From contig JAKBAE010000002.1 of assembly GCA_021809325.1 (NCBI GenBank), positions 1 through 50,307 of the forward strand: 50,307 bases of DNA. The letters are read 5' to 3'. The notes beneath the pieces were generated by a model that was not told the origin of the DNA, did no database searches, and saw nothing but the letters and a program-made list of their open reading frames with translations. Origin of the DNA: a bacterium (GTDB lineage Bacteria > Chlamydiota > Chlamydiia > Chlamydiales > SM23-39). Below are positions 9,854 through 18,555 of the stretch, in pieces. The first letter of the stretch is position 1; every line of letters starts with the position of its first letter. The translations under genes and the position numbers were made by a program.

Positions 9854-10599
9854 ATTCCGGGCCTCATTTCATAGAGAAGGATTGCTCCGGCGCTTGCGAC
9901 GTTGAGCGACTCCACTTCGTTTTTCATAGGGATAGTAACCTTGTAAGAAATGGGATCGGACCAACTTCGAGGTCCCCCGCCCTCGCTGCCGAGAAGGAGG
10001 GCGATGGGGGAAGAGGCTCTTGGGCAGTCGCAAAGAGGCTTTCCCTCTAGGTCTGCCGTATACAAGCGCGCGCCGTATTTTTGCACCCAGCGAGCGATAT
10101 CTTCTCCGCTGATCCTGTCGAAGGGAAGCCGGAAAGTCGCCCCCTTGGCTGCGCGGAGCGCCTTATCGTTGAATGGATCGACGGTGCCGGGAGTGAGCCA
10201 GATCCCTTCCCATCCAAGGGCAAGGGCTGAGCGCCAGAGGGTACCCAGATTGCCCGGGTCGCCAAGACCATCCAGGACCAACAGATGCTGCTTTTTTTCC
10301 AAAGACTGGGGTTTTGGCAGAGGGACCCACGCTGCGCAGCCGTCCTTTTCTGCAACCCCGCTGATTTTCTTCAAAACTTCGGGCGAAATGCGAAAAACTT
10401 TTTCCGCTCGAAGGTTATTTGGAGGCGTTTTAGTAAAAAAAAGAGTATGGATAGGGTAGAAAGAGGAGAGATCAGTGATCAATTTTTTTCCCAATACAAG
10501 GACTAGCCCTTCCTTCTCCCGCTCTTTTTTTTCCTGGCGGAGGCGGACCGAGAGCAAAACGGAGGGGTGCTGTAAACTTGAGATCTCTTTTAAACCCAT
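9850..10599 (-). CDS. TrmH/SpoU-family RNA 2'-O-methyltransferase
   Basis: SpoU motifs: LDGLGDPGNLGTLWRSA, LLLGSEGGG, ESLNVASAGAILLYE. The gene shares an ATGA overlap with rsgA. Confidence 0.9.
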
Positions 10600-10616
10600 A
10601 GCGAACTACTAAAACT

Positions 10617-12452
10617 ATGGCTGATCGCCAAATAAGGATAAAGAGCTTCTCGAAAAAAGCGGCCGGATCTTTGGCCAGAAGGGTCCTTTATGGGGGGCTG
10701 GCCCTCCTTGGCCTGCCTCTTCTCATCCATACACTTTTCCTTTACAAGCGCGAGTATAACCTCAATGTAGCAGACGCATTTGAATCCCTGGGGCTTTTAG
10801 CGATGAGCCGGGCGCTCTACATCGATCAGCTCATCCGCAACCAGCAAAATATACTTGAAGCGATTTGGAGCGATTTCCCGTCGCATCAAAATAACATCGA
10901 TGCGTTCTTGAAGGAAGAAGCCGATTTATTTAAGTCCGTCGATCATTTTGTCTATGCGCCGATTGAAAATGGGACCCTTGTGTGCGATGACCCTCTCTTG
11001 TGCAAAGATCTGACCTACCGCCCCTTTTTACAACAGGCCATCGAGACCGATCAGAGCGTGTTTATCAACCCTTTTTCGGAAACAGAAGAAAATTATTTAG
11101 TTGTATGCAAAACGCTCCCTTCCGCCTCGGCTCCTGCTGCGCTTCTTTGCGCTGTGTCCGATGCGTCCCAGATGTTGAAGAATTTGATGTTGTTCGAAGA
11201 CACCGAGTTTCCTTTGCGCCTTTCTTTGATCGATCAAAGCGGACTGATTTTTTTGAGTACGGAAGAAGAGCTGATCGGGAAAAAGCTCGCTGAATCGACG
11301 GAAGCGATTGAGTGGATTCCCTATGAAGGCGTCAAAGACGCCTGGTATTTGGAGACGCCCCAAGAGTCCGCTCTCGCAGTAAAAATTGCGATTGAAAAGA
11401 CCGATTATGTGCTTCTCGTCGATGTGCCGGAAAAGAGTATCACCGACTTACAGTGGAACAGCTATTTTTTTAGGATCGGTTCATTTCTGCTGATTGTTTG
11501 CTTGTTTGGCGGGGTAATTCTTTTCTGGTTTACACATCGGGTCTCAAAGCCGCTCATTGCCCTAGGAGAAGTAATGACGCGCGTATCCGAAGGTGCTTTG
11601 CATGTCCGCTTCAAGCCGGATCGGATGGGTTTTGAGATCAATGCGATTGGACTGCAGTTGAATGGGATGCTAGACTCTCTTCTTGAGCATCAGCAAGAAG
11701 CCGAGCGCGAGCGGATTGCCCGCGAGCGTCTGGCGCAAGAATTGAAGATCGGCCAGGAAATTCAAGCAAGCATGCTGCCGACCCATCTGCCCGATTTTCC
11801 TGCTCTAGATATCGCGCCGGGATATCTTGCAGCCCGCGAAGTGAGCGGCGATTTTTACGATCTCTACCCAAGAGATGATGGAAAGTTGTTTCTCGCGATT
11901 GCGGATGCTGCGGACAAGGGGATTTCCGCCTGTCTATATTCCTTAAGTTTTCGCAGCATGCTGAGAATGGCTGCAGCAACGATGGATGATCTCGTCTCCA
12001 TCAGTAAAACGGCCAATCGACTTTTCATGCGAGATGCCCAAGAGTCGAATTTTTTCATCACGGCATGGATCGGCCTTTACGATCCTAAAACACGCCTTTT
12101 GCAATATTGCAGCCATGGGCACCCACCTGCGTATTTGCGCTCGGCCAATGGGAAGGTTTCTCTTTTAACGACCGCGGGGATGGCGCTCGGCATTCAAGAG
12201 ACTGATCCGGAGGTGAAAGAAATCACCCTTCGTGAAGGAGATCTTTTGTTCCTCTATACCGATGGCGTGATTGAAGCCCAAGATTCGAATCACCACCTTT
12301 TTGGAAAAGAGAAGCTGCAAGCGTTTCTCAGCCGGGTGCAGTCAAATAGCGCACAAACAGTCGTCGATCAGTTAATGGAAGAGATTCGCCAGTTTTGCAG
12401 CGGCGCTCATCAATCAGATGATTTAACACTCATCGCCATTATTCAAAAATAG
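10617..12452 (+). CDS. rsbU: Sensor-linked PP2C (SpoIIE-type) serine phosphatase, RsbU-like: periplasmic sensor domain, TM, HAMP and phosphatase
   Basis: Two TM segments flank a ~260-aa extracytoplasmic domain. The HAMP-like region is KPLIALGEVMTRVSEG. Phosphatase motifs are SGDFYDLY, LAIADAADKGISA, LYTDGVIEA and QSDDLTLIAI. Confidence 0.88.
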   Translation: MADRQIRIKSFSKKAAGSLARRVLYGGLALLGLPLLIHTLFLYKREYNLNVADAFESLGLLAMSRALYIDQLIRNQQNILEAIWSDFPSHQNNIDAFLKEEADLFKSVDHFVYAPIENGTLVCDDPLLCKDLTYRPFLQQAIETDQSVFINPFSETEENYLVVCKTLPSASAPAALLCAVSDASQMLKNLMLFEDTEFPLRLSLIDQSGLIFLSTEEELIGKKLAESTEAIEWIPYEGVKDAWYLETPQESALAVKIAIEKTDYVLLVDVPEKSITDLQWNSYFFRIGSFLLIVCLFGGVILFWFTHRVSKPLIALGEVMTRVSEGALHVRFKPDRMGFEINAIGLQLNGMLDSLLEHQQEAERERIARERLAQELKIGQEIQASMLPTHLPDFPALDIAPGYLAAREVSGDFYDLYPRDDGKLFLAIADAADKGISACLYSLSFRSMLRMAAATMDDLVSISKTANRLFMRDAQESNFFITAWIGLYDPKTRLLQYCSHGHPPAYLRSANGKVSLLTTAGMALGIQETDPEVKEITLREGDLLFLYTDGVIEAQDSNHHLFGKEKLQAFLSRVQSNSAQTVVDQLMEEIRQFCSGAHQSDDLTLIAIIQK

Positions 12453-12520
12453 TTTTGCGAAAAAAAAACATTCATGCAATTGAATCAAGAAAGCGTTGCC
12501 ATCTATCGTAAGGAGGAAAA

Positions 12521-12766
12521 ATGGCTAAGAGAAAAGCAAAAGCAGCTCCTGCTCGCAAAACAAAAGCTGCACCGAAAAAAAGAAAAACCGCAGTGCGTAA
12601 AACAGCGGCAAAAAAGAAAAAAACCACAGTGCGTAAAACAGCGGCAAAAAAAAGAAAAACAGCTCCTGCTCGCAAAACAAAAACGGCAAGAAAAAAAACA
12701 TGCAAGCCTTGCGGCGGCATGAAAAAGGGCAAAGTGTGCGGCGAGACAATGGGCACAGAGGGTTAA
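12521..12766 (+). CDS. Lys/Ala/Thr-rich histone H1-like (chlamydial Hc-type) DNA-binding protein with Cys-containing tail
   Basis: 81 aa, extremely basic, with repeats APARKTK and T(A/T)VRKTAAKK(K/R)K. A strong SD (AAGGAGG) lies 5 nt upstream of the ATG. The C-terminus is CKPCGGMKKGKVCGE. Confidence 0.8.
   Translation: MAKRKAKAAPARKTKAAPKKRKTAVRKTAAKKKKTTVRKTAAKKRKTAPARKTKTARKKTCKPCGGMKKGKVCGETMGTEG
12587..12658. repeat. Two tandem 36-bp coding repeats inside the histone-like gene, flanked by a 22-bp direct repeat (12544-12565 and 12661-12682)
   Basis: ACCGCAGTGCGTAAAACAGCGGCAAAAAAGAAAAAA is followed by a near-identical unit. AGCTCCTGCTCGCAAAACAAAA occurs on both sides. Confidence 0.85.
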
Positions 12767-12768
12767 TG

Positions 12769-13767
12769 TTAACTCATCGCGCGGAAAAGGGGGGCAGCGA
12801 AATATAGATTCCCGTCTTGCGCGATGAGGATTTTTTCTTTAATCAGCAGATCAAGCGTTTTACTTTTCTTATATTTTACTACCGGGGCTTGAAACAATGT
12901 CTTGGCACAAGACGTCCCGGCAAGGGAACTGATTTTGTCAAACAGCCTTTTTAAGAAAAGCGCCTGCTTTTTGATCCGAGTTGCTTGAAGGATCACTCCT
13001 TTTAAAAAAAAGACAATCCAGTCTTCCCAATCTTCATTCACAGTAAGATGGTAGAGTTTTTGGAAATAATCTGTTCTTTCTTTTTCGAAATAAGCGCTCA
13101 GTAGAAGGGTTGGGTGGGAAAGAAGTCCCCGTTTCATGGCGTAAATAGGAATAAAAATCCGGGCTGCTCTGCCGTTGCCATCCATAAATGGGTGGATGAT
13201 AAGGAACTGGGCAAACGCAATCGCAGCCTGCACGAGCGGGTCTGTTTGTTTCGATTCAAGATATTCGCTGAGGTTGCGGAAAAGAAAATCTACACGAGAG
13301 GCTCGGGGAGGATAGAAATACGCATCTTCAATCTTGCACCCCTTGGATCCGATCCAATTTTGCCTGTTTCGAAAAGAGCCGATATCTTCCGGACGGGGGC
13401 AGTCTTGTTTAATCCGTGCCTGGATATGGCAAAAAAAACGCTTTCCTAGACGGCTATTTTTGCCCCAAGAAAGAGCATCATCTAACGCTTGCCTTGTGAA
13501 TACGATTTTTTGCAAAAAGGGATTTTCATTCTCTTCTTCCAGGAATCCAAGCACATGGAGGAACACTGTTTTTAAGCTTGTGTGAGACTGCAGTGAGGCG
13601 GCAGCTTCCTTCCAAAGAAAGAGATCCGTCAAATACTTGTTTCCCTTAACTTCCCCGTCAAGCCGGGCAACGGCCTCTCTTGCATCCCCTAAATAGGGAA
13701 TGATCCGTTCCCATGTTAGTTTTTTAAGAGGCAGCAGAGTAGGGGAACAAGGTTTAACTGAAGCCAT
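12769..13767 (-). CDS. Fic-domain protein (canonical AMPylation-type motif)
   Basis: HPFMDGNGRAAR matches HxFx(D/E)GNGRxxR. The N-terminal helical domain is typical of long Fic proteins. Confidence 0.92.
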   Translation of the reverse strand: MASVKPCSPTLLPLKKLTWERIIPYLGDAREAVARLDGEVKGNKYLTDLFLWKEAAASLQSHTSLKTVFLHVLGFLEEENENPFLQKIVFTRQALDDALSWGKNSRLGKRFFCHIQARIKQDCPRPEDIGSFRNRQNWIGSKGCKIEDAYFYPPRASRVDFLFRNLSEYLESKQTDPLVQAAIAFAQFLIIHPFMDGNGRAARIFIPIYAMKRGLLSHPTLLLSAYFEKERTDYFQKLYHLTVNEDWEDWIVFFLKGVILQATRIKKQALFLKRLFDKISSLAGTSCAKTLFQAPVVKYKKSKTLDLLIKEKILIAQDGNLYFAAPLFRAMS

Positions 13768-13821
13768 AATTTTTTATTACTCCAATTGACATTTAAATAA
13801 AATGGTAGCTATGGGGAAGGA

Positions 13822-15021
13822 ATGGCGATTTCACAAAAAACTCCCCAGACGTTCATTCTTCTGTTTTTGTTTTCATTTAGCAATTTCTTGGGGCTTATGT
13901 ACTCAGCGGCCCTTCCTGATCTGACAAGCTATTTTAATATCTCCGAAGGCGCGGCACAGCAGACGATTGCTCTTTATCTTGCAGGTTTTGGGCTGGGCCA
14001 GCTCATCTACGGGCCAATCTCACTTGCAATTGGAAGAAAGAAGGCCATCTATATCGGATGCGGGATTGCCACATTGGGGTCGTTGCTTTGCATTATTGCA
14101 ATTGAAGAAAACTTGTTTGTCCTTCTTTTAATTGCACGGCTCATGACGGCTTTAGGAGCCGCTTGCGGCTTGAGTATGACATTTACCATGATCAACGATG
14201 CTTTTACTCCTGTGGAAGGAAGAAAAAAGATCTCAGTTCTGCTGGGAGGATTTGCCTTTTTTCCGGCAATTGGAATTTACATCGGGGGGATTTTAACAGA
14301 ATACTATTCTTGGAAAGCTTGTTTCTATTTTCTGATTCTCTATTCGGTTTTCATTTTCGCACTCTCATTTTTTTTGCCTGAAACGCTGCAAGAAAGAGAT
14401 GTCGGACATCTGAATCCCATTCGGATTCTCCGTACCTATTTCAGCCACTTCAAACATACGCTATTTTTGTTTTGTTCATTGATTTTAGGTGTAAGCGGAG
14501 GGGTGGTTTATATTTTTGCTGCCGAAGCGCCTTACATTGCAACCAATGATCTCAATATCTCACCTAATCTCTATGGCCTCCTTAATTTAATTCCGTTTTT
14601 CGGGCTCTTCTTGGGCGGATTTTTTTCTAGCCACATCAGCAACAAGCTTCAGCCTAAAACGTTGATTTTGACGGGATCTTTGATCTATTGCGGTGCCTCT
14701 CTTCTCATGCTCATTGCTTTTGGTCTGGGGCTGGTCAATCCAAGCTCTCTTTTCTTGTTTCCTTTTGTGATCTTTTTTTCATTCCCTATGATTTTTTCAA
14801 GCAGTTCCATGTTGGGAATTTCTCTATCTTCCCAGAAGTCTTACGCAGCTTCCTTGATCAATTTCTTGCAAATCCTAATCGGCGTTTTGATTATGGAGAT
14901 GGTCTTTTTTTTCCCGATAGAATCTGCGGCCATACTGCCGCTTGTCTATTCAACGGTGGGAGCGGTTTTACTCGTTCTTTGGACAATTTTAAACTTCTTG
15001 CCAGCTAAGGATGAATCATAA
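13822..15021 (+). CDS. MFS transporter (Bcr/CflA drug-efflux-like)
   Basis: About 12 TM segments. GPISLAIGRKK is the MFS loop 2-3 motif. Confidence 0.88.
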   Translation: MAISQKTPQTFILLFLFSFSNFLGLMYSAALPDLTSYFNISEGAAQQTIALYLAGFGLGQLIYGPISLAIGRKKAIYIGCGIATLGSLLCIIAIEENLFVLLLIARLMTALGAACGLSMTFTMINDAFTPVEGRKKISVLLGGFAFFPAIGIYIGGILTEYYSWKACFYFLILYSVFIFALSFFLPETLQERDVGHLNPIRILRTYFSHFKHTLFLFCSLILGVSGGVVYIFAAEAPYIATNDLNISPNLYGLLNLIPFFGLFLGGFFSSHISNKLQPKTLILTGSLIYCGASLLMLIAFGLGLVNPSSLFLFPFVIFFSFPMIFSSSSMLGISLSSQKSYAASLINFLQILIGVLIMEMVFFFPIESAAILPLVYSTVGAVLLVLWTILNFLPAKDES

Positions 15022-15760
15022 GAGCTGCTTCGGCATCGCTGAGAACCTCCGGCAGATGGCTGTATTGCATCTCGGCTACTTGGGGGTTGAAGGGCCGCTC
15101 TTGAGCTTTGGTGTAGTGGATTCCAATGAATTCGATTTGAAGAGGCTGAAGGGCTTTTTCCATCTCTTCAAGATGAAGCCTTCCATCGTCGACGCAGATC
15201 ACGCGTTTGGGAGGATTAGAGACAGCTGCTAACATGCGGGCAAATGTTTCTCCTTTAGAGAGAAAGCCGGTGATAAACCAAATGCCGTTTCGATAGAGTG
15301 TCTCTCCCCATTCGAACCCGATTGGCAGGGTGGGGGCTGTTTTTGATAAGTCGATGTGTAATTTCTGCAGCTGTTCCACACTCAGAGAAGCGATGGGAGG
15401 GTGGCGGGATGTTAATCCCATGACGCATTGGGCCATTTCTTGGGCTTTTGCAACAACTCCTGCCGAATTAGGCTCGACGGTCCGGACGGGACAAAGGATC
15501 TGGGAGAGGATCCATTGGGGATAAAAGCTTTTTTGAGCGATCTCGCAGTCTGCTCCTTGGCGCATCAGCTTTTGGATTTCATAGTTGTACCACTTTGCCC
15601 TGCCCAGCTGATTTTCCCCTTCTAAGAGCGTATCGTCGAGGTCAAGCAAGAGCCAAGACGATCTGTCCAAAAAGGCCAGGGCATCTGCGAGTTTATTTGT
15701 CTGGATGATTTTCCCCTCAAGACACGAGAGTGCTGCTAGAAAGATCAGAATTAGGCGCAT
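15005..15760 (-). CDS. Exported HAD-superfamily-like protein (DUF2608-like)
   Basis: The signal peptide is MRLILIFLAALSCLEG. LLLDLDDTLL is the HAD motif I (DxDxT). VCVDDG is a motif IV-like acidic block. Confidence 0.7.
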   Translation of the reverse strand: MRLILIFLAALSCLEGKIIQTNKLADALAFLDRSSWLLLDLDDTLLEGENQLGRAKWYNYEIQKLMRQGADCEIAQKSFYPQWILSQILCPVRTVEPNSAGVVAKAQEMAQCVMGLTSRHPPIASLSVEQLQKLHIDLSKTAPTLPIGFEWGETLYRNGIWFITGFLSKGETFARMLAAVSNPPKRVICVDDGRLHLEEMEKALQPLQIEFIGIHYTKAQERPFNPQVAEMQYSHLPEVLSDAEAALMIHP

Positions 15761-15788
15761 AGGTAGGCGATTCTAAAGAACTTCCGAA

Positions 15789-17006
15789 TTATTCGGAAGG
15801 CCAAAGCGGCAATTTGCGCAGGCGCTCGAGGATGAGGGCGGCATCGTAAATCTGCTCGTTGCAAGAGAGGCGCTCGGCTTCTTTGAGGAGATGCCCCATT
15901 GCAGGGCCGGGCTTTATGCCGGCTTTTTGCAAATCGATCGCTTTGATTACGGGATCGCGCCGTACGATGCGCTCGATCGCTTCTTGCAGCTTGGCTTTTC
16001 TCTCTTCATGGCGCTGCAAAAAGGGAGCTCTCTCGACTGCATTGAGATGAGCGGATAGGATTTGGAGGCAGAGGGGACAAAAGGGATTTGCATAAAGCTG
16101 CGCCCATTCATAGTCGTCTTTCGCCGCTTGGCGAAGACGGAAAAGAAAGGAAGCAAACTGCACGTTTTGGTTGGGAAGTTTGAGCGATTTGCAGAGATCG
16201 ATTTGCTTAGGAAGCGAATAGTGGGGGAAAAGGGGCAAGAGGAAAGCGATCAGGGGCGCTTTCTTGGGATAGGTTGCGATTGGGTCAATGCGCGCTGCAA
16301 GCTCTTGGAGTGAAAGAGCTTCTAGTTCGGGAAAAATCGCGGAGAGAAGGCCATAGGCATGGAGCCCTTTAAGCATAGCCTGCAGATGGCCGAATATGTG
16401 GCCTTTTTCCAACTCCTGCACTACGCGCTCTACTGCAACGGCAGGAAAGAGCTCCTTAGCATGCGCTCGAATGGCTTCTTGTGTTTTCACTTCAATCTCA
16501 AGATCGAAGCGGCAGGCCATCCGGATGGCGCGGATCATGCGAAGGCGGTCCTCTTTGATCCGGTCATGGGGATTTCCTATCGCGCGAAGAATTTTTGCTT
16601 TGAGATCGGCGCGGCCCCCGACATAATCGAGCACCTCTTCCCGGAGAGGGTCAAAAAACATGCCGTTAATGGTAAAATCCCGCCGTTTGGCGTCTTCTTC
16701 GGCAGTGGAAAAGGCGACCCTTGTAGGACGGCGCCCATCGTGATAGTCGAAATCTTGGCGGAAGGTGGCCACTTCATATTGATGCTCGCCCATGACGACG
16801 AGAACGATGCCGAATGCAATGCCGATGGGGACTGTATGGGGAAAGAGCGCCTGAATGGTCTCAGGTGAGGCGTTCGTAGCGATGTCGATGTCATCAGATG
16901 GGTGCTTGAGTAAATAATCGCGTACCCAGCCCCCGGCATAATAGGCGACAAAGCCGGCCCGGCTGAGGGTCTCTACGATAAAACGGGCTTGAGGGTGCTC
17001 TTCCAT
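15789..17006 (-). CDS. Class II tRNA nucleotidyltransferase / poly(A) polymerase family (cca or pcnB type)
   Basis: Motifs YYAGGWVRDYLL, DDIDIAT, RRDFTINGMF and RAIRMACRF. Confidence 0.9.
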   Translation of the reverse strand: MEEHPQARFIVETLSRAGFVAYYAGGWVRDYLLKHPSDDIDIATNASPETIQALFPHTVPIGIAFGIVLVVMGEHQYEVATFRQDFDYHDGRRPTRVAFSTAEEDAKRRDFTINGMFFDPLREEVLDYVGGRADLKAKILRAIGNPHDRIKEDRLRMIRAIRMACRFDLEIEVKTQEAIRAHAKELFPAVAVERVVQELEKGHIFGHLQAMLKGLHAYGLLSAIFPELEALSLQELAARIDPIATYPKKAPLIAFLLPLFPHYSLPKQIDLCKSLKLPNQNVQFASFLFRLRQAAKDDYEWAQLYANPFCPLCLQILSAHLNAVERAPFLQRHEERKAKLQEAIERIVRRDPVIKAIDLQKAGIKPGPAMGHLLKEAERLSCNEQIYDAALILERLRKLPLWPSE

Positions 17007-17007
17007 A

Positions 17008-18120
17008 TCAAATGGCTGAGCTTACTAGATGTTTAAGAAACGTATCTATATCTTTTTCTTTTGTAGACGCATGCAGGCAAACTCTTAGCCGGTTCTTGCG
17101 TTGGGTAATATAAATTTGATGTTCTAGCAGCTTGTTGTTAATTTCTTCCGCCTTTGGATGATCAAAGGCGATGATACCTGATGCAGCTTTTTGAGAGGCG
17201 GGGAAAAAACCGAGATGCTCTAGTTCTTTTTGCATTCTTTCTGCAAGAGATTCGACTCTTGAATAAATTTTTTGCCAACCAATCTGCTTCATCGTTTCGA
17301 TCGCTGCGGCTAATCCTGCGAATGCAGGGATGTGAAGATAGCTCGGCTCAAATCGCCTTGCTCCATTGACAAATTGAAATTTCGAGGTAAAAAAATCCGA
17401 AAGAGGTTGGATATTCGCCCAACCTACTTGGGGAACGGAAAGAGCGGGGATCAGATCCCGCTTGATGTAGACAAATCCTGTGCCGATGGGACCGAAAAGC
17501 CATTTTTGCCCTCCGGATGCTAAAAAATCGCAGCCCCACTTTTTTACATCGACCGGGATGGCCCCTACGGCTTGGATTGCATCGACGCACAGCAAAATCT
17601 TATGAGCTCGGCAAATTTGGGCAATCCTTTCGATATCGTGCCTTCTTCCATCCCAAAATGAGACGGCGGAAACCGCGACAAGGCGCACCCGCGTTAAGTC
17701 CATTTTTTCAAGCTGCTCGGAAAAGGAGACTTCTTGGAGAGGCTCGATTGCTTTCGTCTCCACCCCATGCTCTTTCAAGTTATCCCAGACAAACCGATTA
17801 GAAGGGTATTCATCGGCCGGATAAAGTATCCTATCTTCCTTCTGCCAGCGAATGCTGGAAGCGACGAGGGAAAGACCGCTTGATGTGCTCGAGACGAAGG
17901 CAATTTCTTCGCTTGAGGCGCCGATCAGTTCGGCAACTGTTTTTCTAGATTGGTCGAAATCGTCAAACCACTTATCTCGATGAAACTGCAAAGGAGCTTT
18001 TGCTTCATCAATGAAATGATGCATTCTTTTGGCCGCCGAGTCCAATAGAGGGCCCGTCCGTCCATAATTCAAATATGTAATGGGATCAAGGGCTGGGAGC
18101 TGGTCTCGAAGTTCTTTCAT
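17008..18120 (-). CDS. Class V aminotransferase (cysteine desulfurase / SufS-CsdA-like)
   Basis: Class V PLP fold blocks are present. SGGQKWLFGPIGTGFVY contains the candidate PLP lysine. The stop lies 1 nt from the downstream nucleotidyltransferase start. Confidence 0.88.
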   Translation of the reverse strand: MKELRDQLPALDPITYLNYGRTGPLLDSAAKRMHHFIDEAKAPLQFHRDKWFDDFDQSRKTVAELIGASSEEIAFVSSTSSGLSLVASSIRWQKEDRILYPADEYPSNRFVWDNLKEHGVETKAIEPLQEVSFSEQLEKMDLTRVRLVAVSAVSFWDGRRHDIERIAQICRAHKILLCVDAIQAVGAIPVDVKKWGCDFLASGGQKWLFGPIGTGFVYIKRDLIPALSVPQVGWANIQPLSDFFTSKFQFVNGARRFEPSYLHIPAFAGLAAAIETMKQIGWQKIYSRVESLAERMQKELEHLGFFPASQKAASGIIAFDHPKAEEINNKLLEHQIYITQRKNRLRVCLHASTKEKDIDTFLKHLVSSAI

Positions 18121-18180
18121 TGATTGCCTATTGATAATGCATTCTTAGATAGGAAACAACTTACTTCTTGTCTCCAATAA

Positions 18181-18397
18181 GCAAGCCGTTCAGGGCGATT
18201 GCACGATAACTTGCTTGAAAAGAAAAACAGGATCCGCTTCGCGGGAGGATCGCGCATGATATGCATGATGCAGGGAAGCCCTGCAACCCAAAAATAATCC
18301 TGCTTATCATGCCGCTTGCGATCATGCTCATCCTGTCCTTCTCTATGAACAAGGCATGTCAAGAAATTCTTCGTGCAATCGCCCTGGCAAGCCGTTC
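18181..18397. mobile_element. MITE-like element: 15-bp terminal inverted repeats (18191-18205 / 18372-18386) flanked by an 11-bp direct repeat GCAAGCCGTTC (18181-18191 / 18387-18397)
   Basis: CAGGGCGATTGCACG and CGTGCAATCGCCCTG are exact reverse complements. The flanking direct repeats have the geometry of a target-site duplication. Internal hairpins are present (GCAGGG-aag-CCCTGC). Confidence 0.5.
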
Positions 18398-18555
18398 GCC
18401 TTGAGGAAACATTTCATTTGGGAAATCTACTCTTTCGATATGCGATTCCATGAACCTATCCAAATAAAATTTTCAGCCAAGCGAAGATCAGTCCGAGGGT
18501 AGCAAATCCATTCCATTTCTTGCTTTTTTTGCCGCTCTCATCTTTGGGAAGACAC

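Noticed and set aside
9950..10459. 169-aa plus-strand ORF
   Set aside because: It is antisense to the TrmH-family methylase gene. The product is a Pro/Arg/Ser-rich translation artefact.
12453..12520. Search for a sigma-28-type late promoter (TAAAGTTT / GCCGATAA-like) upstream of the histone-like gene
   Set aside because: I could find no convincing match by eye. Only weak sigma-70-like hexamers are present (TTGAAT-N18-TATCGT), and these would leave almost no leader.
12472..12756. Alternative ORFs in the other frames and strand of the histone-like gene (94, 82 and 74 aa), and the idea that the repeats are a CRISPR-like array
   Set aside because: These are products of a purine-rich repetitive sequence. 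Only the 12521 frame has a strong SD and a coherent Lys/Ala histone-like product. The repeats are contiguous 36-bp coding units without spacers, so this is not a CRISPR array.
16359..16868. 169-aa plus-strand ORF
   Set aside because: It is antisense to the nucleotidyltransferase gene and has no motifs.
18117..18362. 81-aa minus-strand ORF upstream of the aminotransferase gene
   Set aside because: Most of it is the interior of the MITE-like element. Only its last ~22 codons may belong to a small ORF that the element interrupted (see the finding at 18181-18397).
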